This document shows, piece after piece, positions 36,763 through 48,765 of a DNA stretch of 64,000 nt. Source of the stretch: Chiloscyllium plagiosum. Taxonomy: Eukaryota. Numbering within the stretch: position 1 is the first letter of the stretch; each line of letters starts with the position of its first letter. A program made the position numbers and the translations under genes. The stretch is taken from assembly GCF_004010195.1 (NCBI RefSeq), contig NC_057750.1, forward strand, positions 9,682,062 through 9,746,061, in the 5' to 3' direction. The notes below the pieces were generated by a model. It saw nothing but the letters and a program-made list of their open reading frames with translations, had not been told where the DNA came from and searched no databases.

Positions 36763-38529
36763 TTTGAGAGAGAAAAATGTTCTAGTCTCTTAGCCAAACA
36801 ATATCTCTCCTGATTTGAGTCTTCCCCTACAGGAGGCATCATGTCCCAATCTCCGTGCACTCCAATCCCCGTAAGATCTGATATCTTTCGATGCAATCGC
36901 CTCTTGTTCTTCTGAACTCTAATGAATATCGACCCGAGCTGCTCCTGTCTTGGGCTAACTCAGTTGCTGTGCAATTTATCCTCCAGCATGACAAAACACA
37001 TAAGAATATATTAAACCCTTGGTGCTGACATGGCACAGCTTCCACTCAATGTAAACTGTCAGAGGGATTTGTTTACAGTGAGGACAGGATTTGAGGCATT
37101 CTGCACAAGCCAGAATTCTGAGCATTCGGAGCAATCGGGGAACACGATGTTACGGTGGAATTGCTTCCTTTAATGGCCTTAGCATTGGTACCTGGTGGAT
37201 TTGATCTAACCTTCATTAAAAAACGTGTCCCTGTCCACACAGTGCTGAGTGAGAACAGAACACAATCTCTGAGGGAGGGGATGGATATTGGAATTAAAGA
37301 CTGACCTCCGGGACGCTGCAGAGAAAAGTCACTGAGTCGCTTGTAAAAACTGGGTGTTCTTTTTCAGTCGGACGTTATATTTGCGTAGCGCCTTACACTA
37401 CCAAATGCCTTGAACCACTTTAGAGTCAAGTGTTTTTCCTTGAACTTGTACCTTCTGAAGCGTGGACTCTGTTGTAATGTCAGAAAGTCGTACAGCCACA
37501 CACTAGCATACAAACAGGCCCTTCGGCCCACCATGTCTATACTGACCCAGCAAACACTAAACTGCCACCAATCTCATTTACTATGTCCATAGCCTTCTCT
37601 GGCCTGGGATTTTAAATGCTCATCCAGATGCTTCTTAAAAGTTGCAAGAGTACCTGGCCCCACCATATTCCATATCTCTGGGAAGAATCATATAAGCCCT
37701 ACAATGTGGATGCAGGCCATTCAGCCCATCAAGTCCACACTGACCCTCTCAAGGGCATCACCAATCCCTGCAACCCTGCATTTTCCATGGCTGATTCCAC
37801 ACATGAACCACTCACTTGTGTAAACAAAAGCTACCCCTCATGTCTCTTCTCACCTTCAAACTGTGCCCCCTAGTCTTGAAATGCCCCTCCCTAGGGATAA
37901 GATACCTGCCATTCACCTTAGCTACATCGCTCATGATTTTATAAACCTCTGTAAGGTCACTATCAACCTCCTGCACTCCATGGAAACAAAGTCTCAGTCT
38001 ATCCAGCATGTCCTTCTAACTCAAACCCTGTATTTTCCCGGCAACATCCTGGCAAATGTTTTCTGATTGGCGTTGTCTAATCATCCAATGGGATCAGTTT
38101 TTTGACTGGTCTTGGGCTGGCAGAGGGTGGGTGTTGTTGGCTGCCCATTGTGCCAATGGCGGGAGAATGTTGGAGGTCATGTGATACCACCTACAAACTC
38201 GATAATCATATTCGAAGAGATGTTCATGTTGGGTGATGTTTCCCGTAGGTCAATCAAATGGTAACATGTATGTTAATGACCTGATGACATAGAAGATGAT
38301 GTAACCCTGACCTCAGCAATCACATGGGTGACAGTGGCTAGGCCTAACATTTATTGCCCATCCCTAATTGCCTAGAGGGCAGTTGAGGGTCAATCATATG
38401 CAGGCCAGGCAAAGATATCCTGACTTAAAGGTGGGCTTCCCCGCATAACAATCATGTTTAGATTCTTACTCTCATTATGGGGCTTGAACTTGTGTCAACA
38501 AGCTGTGAACTGGGTCCCTAAGTTAATTG

Positions 38530-39549
38530 TACTCTCAGTATTGTTATACGTGGCACAGGTCTGGCCTATCCCCAGAACCTGTCCCGCCGCAGTCACCCGG
38601 GCCATCTTCCACTTTGTGTGGAGGTCAAAGATGGACCGGGTCCGAAGAGATGTAATGTACAAAGACCGGTGCAATGGGGGAAAAAACGCACCCAATGCAA
38701 CCCTCACCCTGATAGCCACCTTTGTGTGTGGCTGCATCAAGCTGTGCGTGGATCCCCGGTACGCAAACACCAAGTGTCACTACGTACTGAGGTTCTACCT
38801 GTCCCCGGTGTTGCGAAGGATGGGCCTGGCCTCGCTGCCGCGGAACGCTCTGAGTAGTTGGACCGTTCCATATCACCTGTCCTTCGTGGAGAAGTTTATG
38901 AAGAAAAACACCTTTGACCAAAAGTCCATCAGGAAGTGGTCAGCACGTAGTGTCCTTGAGACCCTTCGGGAAAAGGAGAGGGCAGATCCTGTCGAGCGGT
39001 TCCCTGAGCAGACGGTCAAAGCCATTTGGCAGAATGCCTCATCGCCAGAACTTTCCAACAAGCACCAAGACATAGCTTGGCTGGTGGTGAGAAGGGCTCT
39101 GCCCGTGAGATCCTTTGGACGCACACCGAGACGAACATCAACTGTGCCTGGAGGATCATCAACTCGGTGAAGGACGCTCTCTGGGCGGTCCGAAACCTGC
39201 TGATCTTCCAGCTGAAGGAGTTGACCCCGACTGGGTGTTGCAGACTGGCACATTCCAAGGTCCAGGACTACGTGTTGAGGGACGCGCTGAAGCTTGGGGC
39301 CCGGTTCCCACAAGGCGCGGTGGGGAAAGACCACCGTCTAACATCTGCCTGCCTAAGAAGAACAGGGGACCACGTAGTCATTTGGGCTCCGCTGGTGTCT
39401 GAGCTCAATGTAGTCGCACTAACCTGTGAATATGAATGATTACCCTGTTTCGATACGTAAAGAAATGGAATGTTTACAGACTGATGACATGTCCAATTGT
39501 ATAGATTAAATATATATGAATAAAGTATATTTTTGAAATAAAAAAAAAA
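38530..39549 (+). mobile_element. 5'-truncated Tx1-type LINE with poly(A)
   Basis: ORF2 C-terminal frames 38454-39170 and 39026-39439 match the 15431-16836 family; AATAAA plus A-tail; AATTG at 38525-38529 and 39548-39552. Confidence 0.9.
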
Positions 39550-40277
39550 TTGCCTGGTGACAATGCCACTAGGCTATCACCTCCCACAGGTAGCAGCTCC
39601 TATTGGGTAAGACTGTACGTTGTGCAATAAGAGTGCAGACCAGGAGACCAGCCCAGGACAGAACCCCCAAGACCTTATGGCAGCTTAATCTGTGAAGACT
39701 GAGGGTTGTATCGTTGAACTAAGATTCAATGCTGTGCAGACCCTGACCACAGTGGGGTGCCTTAGTTTCAATATCACTATTGCCCCAGCCCTCCTGAGGT
39801 ATGCAAGCTCTATTTTGGATCAAATAGCTTGTCCCAGAAAGCTTCTAAGGTCTGGAGCAAACTTTCCCATCTCTGAGGCAGAGGGTTCAAGTCCCACTGT
39901 GAGCTTCAGGGCAATAAACCAGGTCGTCCCCACTCTTGCCCCCTGGTGTATAACTGAGAGCGCTGCAGAATTCTGTTTCGCAAGAAGGAAAATCCTAGAT
40001 GTCTTCTCGGGTGGAGATGAAATGTGCCGTCGGATAATTTGATGGAGAGCAGGGGAGTGCAATGCCGTGGACAATATTTATCCCTGAACCGACACCAATG
40101 GAAACAGATGATCATTGAGGAACACTATTGGATCCCTGAGTCAGTGAACTGCACTTCTTCCATCACTTTGAAACTACACCCGAAAGGCACCATCTAAATG
40201 CAGGGATTACCTTCATTGCTCCCTGGGGGGTTCTGTGAGGCTACGTTTTCCCGTCGCGCTGTACTCTCAGCGAGAGT

Positions 40278-40840
40278 CATGATTTGGAGGTGCAGGTGTT
40301 GGACTGGGGTGGACAAAGTTAAAAATCCAAGTTAAAACCTCCAATGAGTTATTGCCCAACAGGTTTATTTGGAAGCACTAGCTTTCGGAGCGCTGCTCCT
40401 TCATCAGGTGGGTGACAACCACCTTTGAGATTAGATTCCCTACAGTATGGAAACAGACCATTTGGCCCAACAAGTCCACACCGACCCTCTGAAGAGTAAC
40501 CCACCCAGACCCATTCCCCTACATGTACCCCTGACATTTAACCTACACGTCCCTGGACACTATGGGGTTGCTGAGCATGGCCAATTCACCTGGCCTGCAC
40601 GTCTTTGGATTGTGGGAGGAAACTGGAGCACCCAGAGGAAACCCACGCAGTCAATGTGTAAACTCCACACAGATAGTCACCCAAGTGTGGAATTGAACCC
40701 AGGTCCCTTGCACTGTGAGGCAGCAGTGCTAACCACTGAGCCACCATGCTGCCCACTGCTGAAGGAGCTGCGGTTCGAAAGCTAGTGCTTCCACATAAAC
40801 CAGCTGGATTATAACCCAGTGTTGTGTGATTTTTAACTTT
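40278..40840. mobile_element. Family-B fold-back element split by an HE1 SINE (~40428-40753, minus)
   Basis: Left arm ...CAACAGGTTTATTTGGAAGCACTAGCTTTCGG; right arm GAAAGCTAGTGCTTCCACATAAACC...GTTGTGTGATTTTTAACTTT. Confidence 0.75.
40376..40410 (-). ncRNA. Minimal type-I hammerhead ribozyme motif (family B), intact core
   Basis: CAC-CUGAUGA-A-GGAGC(AGC)GCUCC-GAAA-GCUA-GUG; stem I CAC/GUG, palindromic AGCU in place of stem III. Confidence 0.75.
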
Positions 40841-41134
40841 ATCTCTGTGAGAGAGGAGGCTGCTGAGGACAATGTGTGACAGGCAGAGCTATCAGAGAGA
40901 CAGCAGAACAACCAGGTGACAGAATGGAATCTTACAGTGTGCAGGCAGTCAACAAACAAGCAAATGGAAAACGTAATCAAACAGTCGAAATGTAAAATAG
41001 GAACAGGCTGTAGGCATCTTCCCGTGGTCACAATAATACAGTGGGGAGGTAATGGGCTGCCTAATTTCAGTTTTTACTGTACGGCTTGTCCTGCATCCCA
41101 CTTGGCATGGTCCACATTAAGCACAACTGCTATC

Positions 41135-42600
41135 CATAAGACATCGGAGCAGTAGTGGGCCATTCAGCCCATCAAGTCTGCTCAGCCCTTCAACGAGATC
41201 ATGGCTGATCGCCCGATCCTCAACTCCTCTTTCCTGCCTTTACCCCATAGCCCTCAATTCTCTTCCCTGATGAAAAGAAATCTCTCCATCTCAGCCTTGA
41301 ATACTCAACGACACAGCCTTGCCAGCCCTCTGAGGTATTTATTACCCTCAGGAAGAAGAAATGTCTCCCCATCTGTTTCAAACAGGCGAATCCTTACTCT
41401 AAGATTATTCTCTCTGTCCTAAACTCTCCCACAAAAGGAAACAATCTTCCAACATTTACCTTGTTAATTCCCCTAAGATTCTTGTATTTTTCAATAAGGT
41501 CACCTCTCATTTTTCTAAACTCCAATGAGTACAAGTCCAACTTAGAGTCATAGAGTCATAGAGACATAGAGACATACAGCACGGACCTTTAAGTCTAACT
41601 CGTCCATGCCGACCAGATATCCTAACCTGATCTCGTCCCATTTGCCAGCATCTGGTCCATATCCCTCTACACACTTCCTATACATATATCCATCCAGGTG
41701 CCTTTTAAATGTTGCAATTGTACCAGCCTCCACCACTTCCTCTGGCAGCTCATTCCATACATGCACCGCCTTCTGTGTGAAAAAGTTGTCCCTTAAGTCC
41801 CTTTTAAATCTTTCCCCTCTCACCCTAAACCTATGCCATCTGATTCCCTCACACTGGGGAAAAGTTCTTGTCTATTTACCCAGGTAAAAACAATGACTGC
41901 AGATGCTAGAAACCAGATTCTGGATTAGAGTGGTGCTGGAAAAGCACAGCAGTTCAGGTAGACTCCGAGGAGCAGGAAAATCGATGTTTCGAGCAAAAGC
42001 CCTTCATTAGGAATACAGGCACTCTCCACCCTTCAGGCACTCTGCCTGTATTCCTGATGAAGGGCTTTTGCCCGAAACATCGATTTTCCTGCTCCTCGAA
42101 AGCTACCTGAACTGTTGTGCTTTTCCGGCATCACTCGAATCCAGATCCTTGTCTATTTACCCTGCCCATGCCCCTCCTGATTTTATAAAACTCTATAAGG
42201 TCACCACCCCTCAGCCTCTAACATTCCAGGGAAAACAGCCCCAGCCTATTCAGCCTCTCCCTCTAGCTCAAACCCTCCAACCCCAGCAACATCCGTGTAA
42301 ATCTTTTCTGAACCCTTTCAAGTTTCACAACATTTTTCCTATAGCAGGGAGACCAGAATTGAAAAAAATCTCTCCATCTCAGCCTTGAATACTCAACGAC
42401 ACAGCCTTGCCAGCCCTCTGAGGTAAAGAATTCCACAGACCTTTTACCTTCAGGAAGAAGAAATGTCTCCCCATCTGTTTCAAACAGGCGAAGCCCTTAC
42501 CCTAAGATTATCCTCTCTGGACTAACCAATGTCCTGTACAGCTGCTACATGACCACCCAACTCCTTTACTTAATGCACTCACTAATAAAGGCAAGTGTAT
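41135..42600 (-). mobile_element. Nested CR1/HER1 fragments with a fold-back insertion at ~41882-42145
   Basis: CR1 motifs; CTTGTCTATTTACCC duplicated on both sides of the fold-back. Confidence 0.85.
42051..42084 (+). ncRNA. Hammerhead motif, family A
   Basis: UUC-CUGAUGA-A-GGGC(UUUU)GCCC-GAAA-CAUC-GAU. Confidence 0.6.
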
Positions 42601-42729
42601 TTTTTAAACATCTACAGCGTGGCTTAACCGCTATATAATTCGCAGGTTTGTGAATAGTTGTGTAACATGTAATTTAAACTGAGCCCCAGCTGCCAGGCAC
42701 TTTCTGAGTCTAATTTGTGAGCCCGTGTG

Positions 42730-42746
42730 AGGTCAGTCAAAGTTCA
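42730..42746 (+). promoter_or_regulatory. Candidate DR5 retinoic acid response element
   Basis: AGGTCA-gtcaa-AGTTCA, exact RGKTCA(n5)RGKTCA match in non-repetitive sequence. Confidence 0.4.
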
Positions 42747-43239
42747 TGAAGAATTATCCCACTTGAGTTATTGAGAATTATTACAATCTCGAAGTGTTGG
42801 AAAAATCAAACAATAAAGTCATTGCCTGCAGTGTTTGTCATGTAATGTGAGCAAGCAGCCCCACAGTATTTTAATAACTATTCCATCTCAAGCCACGTCC
42901 GCAAGAGTGACACGCACGGACTGAGGCAACGGTTTGTCACTGGTGAGTCAGGGGCAAGAAAATCAGGGAATATCACCGAGGAATTAGAGTCAGAAGGTGG
43001 CTCACGGAGAGCAGGGGAGAGAGGGGAGGTGTGCAGATCACAGAAAGGCACAACATTGTGAAGTGAAACAGGGGGCAATGGGAGGTTGTGGAGAGTGGGG
43101 ACACTTGAATCTCGGGAGGAGGTAAACCACACACAGACCATCACATCCGTTCAAAAAGTGCTCAAGTCAAGTTGACATCTTATTGAGTCTTGTGTTTTCC
43201 CGACCCACAGTATCAGACTTGGGAAATAATGCGGGAAGC

Positions 43240-44305
43240 AGGTAGATAGGTGAAGGCACACTTGCCTTCGTCAGTCAGAGCGTTGAGTGCAGGAGTTGAG
43301 ACATCATGTTTTTAATTAGATTAGATTACATTACATTACAGTGTGGAAACAGGCCTTTCGGCCCAACAAGTCCACACCGACCCACCGAAGCGCAACTCAC
43401 CCATACCCCTACATTTACCCCTTACCTAACACTAAGGGCAATTTAGTATGGCCAATTCACCTGACCTGCACATATTTGGATTGTGGGAGGAAACCGGAGC
43501 ACCCGGAGGAAACCCACGCAGACACGGGGAGAATGTGCAAACTCCACACAGACAGTCGCCTGAGGTGGGAATTGAACCCGGGTCTTTGGCGCTGTGAGGC
43601 AGCAGTGCTAACCACTGTGCCACCGTGTTACAGTTGTATAGCACATTGATGAGGCCATGTTTGGACTAAGCAAAAGTGAGGACTGCAGATGCTGGAAATC
43701 AGAGTCTACGTTAAAGTAGGTGGTGGAAAAGCACAGCAGGTCAGGCAGCATCCGAGGAGCAGGAGAATCGACGTTTCGGGCAAAAGCCCTTCATCAGGAA
43801 GGAGTACATTTGGAGCACTTGTGTGCATTTCCCTGCTACGGGAAAGATGTTATTAAACTGGAAAGGATGCAAAGGAAGATTTACAAGGATGTTACTGAGA
43901 CTGGAAGGTTTGAGTTATAACTAGAGGCTGGGGCTGTTTTCCTTGGAGCTTCAGAGGCTGAGGGGTGACCTTATAGAGATTTATAAAATCATGAGGGGTG
44001 TGGATAGAGTAAATAGGCAACATCTTTTACCCAGAATGGGGGAGTCTAAAACTAGAGGGCATGGGTCTAAGGTGAGAGGGGACCTGAGGGGCAACTTTTT
44101 TCACACAGAGGGTGGTGTGTGCATGGAATGAGCTGCCAGAGGAAGTGGTGGAGGCTGGTACAATTAAAACATTTAAAAGACTCTTGGACAGGTACACGGA
44201 TGGTAAAGGTTTAGAGGGATATGGGCCAAATGGGACCAGTTCAGTTTAGGAAACCAGGTCAGCATGGACAAGTGGGCTGAAGGGTCTGTTTCCCTGCTGT
44301 ATGAC
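43240..44305 (+). mobile_element. HER1/CR1 3' fragment with nested young HE1 (43315-43627) and a PLE end (43670-43800)
   Basis: CR1 motifs resume after each insertion. Confidence 0.85.
43766..43800 (-). ncRNA. Hammerhead motif, family A, intact core
   Basis: UUC-CUGAUGA-A-GGGC(UUUU)GCCC-GAAA-CGUC-GAUU; palindromic ACGU, GUC triplet; stem I only ~2 bp. Confidence 0.7.
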
Positions 44306-45820
44306 TATAATACGGAACTCAATGTCCTAACGAGGGGTTCGCAATCTAGGTCAAAGTAAAGTTCACCCTTTTCCCAGCCCGTCACCAGAGCTGGCAATTT
44401 AACCTGAGGGTCACCACACCTCAGGTGGGTGAGGGGATTACAAGATAGACCCTTCCTGGGAACCTCAGCCAATGCAGGAATTGGAACCCAGACTATTAGC
44501 ATCACTAACCAGCTGTCCAACCAACTGAGCTGATCAACCAAGAGGCAAAAGTGAGGACTGCAGATGCTGGAAATCAGAGTCTAGATTAGAGTGGTGCTGG
44601 AAAAGCACAGCAGGTCAGGCAGCGTTTCCTGCTCCTCGGATGCTGCCATGACTTGACCAACCAAGACCCGACTGAAGTAACTCTCAGCAGGATCTGAGTC
44701 CACAAGGGTCATCCTCCGCTGCATGAGTAAGTCATTACTTGATTGTTTTTAGAAATGGTCCTTTTGGGGGGTGTGGGTCCCACTGACAAGGCAAGGGTTT
44801 GTTGCTGATCCCTAACTGCTCTTGTTATTTGCTCATTTCAGAGAGCAATCAAATATGAATTGCATTCAGAAAATTGTTAACTCACTGATAGAAACCTCAG
44901 TGCTGCTACTCGGCCGAACTCTTCAAGGGAAATGAAACTTTGTTGTCCCTTTCGCTAAGAGATTAAATCTGCTTTGGGTGTCTGGCAATCCCTCTCTCTT
45001 CACAGCTATGTGATTTATTGTTATTTCCTTTGCTGCTTGTGGGCTTTTATCGCTCTCATTGTTTTTTTTTATAAAATGCTTGTTTCTCCTATTATTGACT
45101 GAAAAGGTTTTTTGAAACGTTTAGTTTTCTGGTGGTTTCTCTGCTGGAGGCTCAGTGGCTTCAGTGGAGATGATGGCCTGGTGGTATTGTCACCAGATTA
45201 TTAATCCAGAGACTCAGGCAATGATCTGGGTTTGAATCCTGCAAGACAGATGTACAGCATGTCGACCAGATATCCTAAGTTAGTTTTGTCCCACACCCCT
45301 CCAAACCCTTCCTATTCATATATCCATCCAGGTGCCTTTTAAATGCTGTAATTGTACCAGCCTCCACCACTTCCTCTGGCAGCTCATTCCATACACACAC
45401 CACCCTCTGTGTGAAAAAGTTGCCCCTTAAGTCCCTTTTAAGTCTTTCCCCTCTCACCTTAAACCTATGCCCTCTAGGTTTGGACTCCCCCACCCCAGGG
45501 AAAAGATCTTGACTATTTACCCTATCCATGCCCCTCATGATTTTATAAACTTCTAAGGTCACCCCTCAGCCTCCGATGCTCCAGGGAAAACAGTCCCAGC
45601 CTGTTCAGCCTCTCCTTATAGCTCAGACCCTCCAACCCTGGCAATAGTCTTGTAAATCTTTTCTGAACCCTTTCAAGTTTCACAACATGATGACGGAATT
45701 TGAGTTTAACATTGAACTAACATGTGGAATTAAAAGTCTAATGATGACCATTGTCGGGGGAAGCTGAAAATGTGTTGCTGGAAAAGCGCAGCAGGTCAGG
45801 CAGCATCCAGGGAACAGGAG

Positions 45821-45857
45821 AATCGACGTTTCGGGCATTAGCCCTTCTTCAGGAATG
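45821..45857 (-). ncRNA. Hammerhead motif, family A, attached to PLE coding remnant
   Basis: CAUUC-CUGAAGA-A-GGGC(UAAU)GCCC-GAAA-CGUC-GAUU. Confidence 0.7.
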
Positions 45858-46218
45858 AGGAAAGTTGGTCCAGCAGGCTAAGATAAAAGGTAGGGAGGAG
45901 GGACTTGGGGGAGGGTGTCGGAAATTGTGATAGGTGGAAAAAGGTCAAGGTGAGGGTGATAGGTCAGACTGGGGTGGGGGCGGAGAGGTCGGGAAGAAGA
46001 TTGCAGGTTAGGAAGGCGGTGCTGAATTCGATGGATTTGACTGAGACAAGGTGGGGGGAGGGGAAATGAGGAAACTGGTGAAACCCGAGTTCATCCCTTG
46101 TGGTTGGAGAGTTCCTAGCCGGAAGATGAGGCGTTCTTCATCCAACCGTCGTTTCGCTGTGGTCTGACGATGGAGGAATCCAAAGACCTGCATATCCTTG
46201 GTGGAATGGGAGGGGGAA

Positions 46219-46273
46219 NNNNNNNNNNNNNNNNNNNNNNNNNNNNNNNNNNNNNNNNNNNNNNNNNNNNNNN
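46219..46273. other. Assembly gap (55 N)
   Basis: Run of N. Confidence 1.
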
Positions 46274-48034
46274 TGTGGCGGATATGGAAGTTTCCTTTGG
46301 GGCCTTGGAGGGAGGTGAGGGGGGAGGTGTGGGCACAAGTCTTGCACCTCCTGCGGTTGCAGGGGAAGGTGCCGGGAGTGGAGGTTGGGTTGGTGGGCGG
46401 TGTGGATCTGAACAGGGAGTCACGGAGGGAGTAGTCTTTACAGAATGCTGATAGGGGAGGGGAGGGAAATATACCCCATCTGATTCAGTAACATCCTTTA
46501 AGGAAGGAAATGGCCATCCTTACCTGGTCTGGCCTAAATGTGACTCCACACCCATAGTGATGTGGTTGATTCTAAACTGTTCCCTGGGCAATTAAGGATA
46601 GGCAATAAATGCTGGCCTGGCCAGTGATGCCCATCTTCTGTGAACATAAAATAATGTATTTTTTTGATAGTCTGTACTCAGTTCTGTGATGTTTCTGGCC
46701 GTGAGTTGATCTTAAGGCTACATCAATAAATTTTTCGTAAAAAAAGATTTTTTGACTTCTTCTCCAGTCACCCTCTGCTCTATCTCTTCATCCTTCTGGG
46801 TAGTGAATCCTACAGCTGTCACTGCATTTTGTTGGTATCACAGTCTGAGACTGGGCACCAGACAGATTGATCAAGGACAAGATAAAAGGGTGGGAGTAGT
46901 CGGAGCAGGAGTAGGCCTTCTCTAATGCTGCCCAAAACAGTTGACCTGCATTTACCAACATTGTGTTCCATCTGCTAGACACAGCCCACTCACATAACCA
47001 ACCTATGACCTTCTGCAGACTTTCAGTGTCCTCCACACTTTGCTATGTCATTCCTTTCAGTGTCATCTGCCAAACTTTGACACGTTACACCTGGTCTCCA
47101 ACTTTAAATCATCTATGTAAATTGCAATCAATTGTGGAGCATCTTCAGTCTTAGACTTCAAAGGAACACCATCTTGTCTACATCAATACTGAATGCTGAT
47201 GTATACGGTAGTCATCGATACACCAGGTTCCGTCTTATAATCACTTTATTAAACAGCATAACTATAAGGTGGGGTGATGGCCTAGCGATATTATAGAGTC
47301 ATCCAGCACGGAAAAACCCCTTTGGTCCAACCAGTCCACATCGAACATAAACTAGTCCCAGCTGCCTACTCCTGGCCTATATCCCTCCAAACCTTTCCTA
47401 CTCATGTATTTATCCAAAAGTCTTTTAAATGTTGTAACTATGCCTGTGACCACCACTTCCTCAGGAAGTTCTGTGCAAAAAAAGTGCCCCTCATGTCTTT
47501 TTTAAATCTCTCTCCCCCAGGACCCAGGTTCAATTCCTGCTACGGCAGATGGTGGAATTTGAAGTCAATTTTTTTTAATGAGGTCTAACGATGACCATCG
47601 ATCTATTCTGATTGTCAGGACAAACCCATTTGGTTCACTAAGGTCTTTTAGGGAAGGAAACCTCTATCCTTACCTGGTCTGGCCTACGTGTGACTCCAGA
47701 CCCACTCTTAACCACCCTCTGGGCAATTAGGGATGGGGGCTGGTATTCTGTTGCACATTACCTGATTCTCCAGTGCAACCGTGGAAGTGAATTTCACATC
47801 CAATGGGCTCTTGATAAATTAGTTCCTAGCTCTCTACTGCCGACAAATCAATGACCTGAAGCCACCATCCTGGAAAGTCTTTCTAGCATGTTCTGTTTTT
47901 AACCTCAGTTTGGCATCTCAGTGCAAGGTACCATCTGTCTCAGTACCGTACTGAAGGGACAATTGAGATATTTCTCCTCAAGCCTCCGGCTGGGACAATA
48001 TCTCCATAACTCAGGTTAAGAGGGTGTTTAGCCC

Positions 48035-48580
48035 ATTTGCCTTCATTGCTCAGACCTTTGTGTATAAGAGCTGGGACGTCATGTTGAGGTTGTACAGGAC
48101 GTGGTGAGGCCTCTTCTGGAACATTATGTCCAGTTCCGGTCCCCCAGTTACAGGAAGGATGTTATTAAACTGGAGAGGATTCAGAAGCGATTTACCAGGA
48201 TGTTGCCGGGTATGGAGGGTTTGAGTTAGTAAGGAGAGGCTGGATAGTTTAGGACTTTCTTCAATGGAGTGTAGGCGGTTGAGGGATGACTTATAGGGAC
48301 TTATAAAATCATGAGGGGTCTACATTAGGTGTCTTTTACCTAGGGTGGGGGATTTCAAGACAAGAGGGCATATTTTTAAGGTGAGAGGAGAAAGATTTAC
48401 AAGAGACATGAGGGGCAATTTATTTACACAGAGAGTGGGTTGTGTGTGGAACAAACTTCCAGAGGAAGTGGTGGATGCATTTAAATGTTACAACATTTAA
48501 AAGACATTTGGATAAGAACATGAATAAGGAAGGTTTGGAGGGAAATGGAAGCATCTGTTTCCACACAGTATGACTCTATG
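48035..48580 (+). mobile_element. CR1/HER1 3' fragment
   Basis: GACGTCATGTTGAGGTTGTACAGGAC...TTCCAGAGGAAGTGGTGG, ATGACTCTATG tail. Confidence 0.85.
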
Positions 48581-48765
48581 ATTCAATGAAAAGGTTTTAC
48601 TGAACTGAGATGCAGCAAATAGTGTTAGTGAGTATTTTTCTTTCAATGAAGTAGCAGCTTCGGGTATAAGGCATAACAATCTTCAGTCGTGTCCTTTAGG
48701 GAAGGAAATTTTCCATCCTTACCTGTGTGGCCTACATGTGACTTCAGCCCCACAGCGTTGAGGTT

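Larger units (their letters stand above)
45763..46473 (-). mobile_element. Neptune-type Penelope-like element 3' part (GIY-YIG C-terminus, 3' tail, hammerhead)
   Basis: CKTCAHT and RRLDEERLIFRLGTLQPQGMN motifs, C-rich tail, family-A terminal sequence. Confidence 0.85.
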
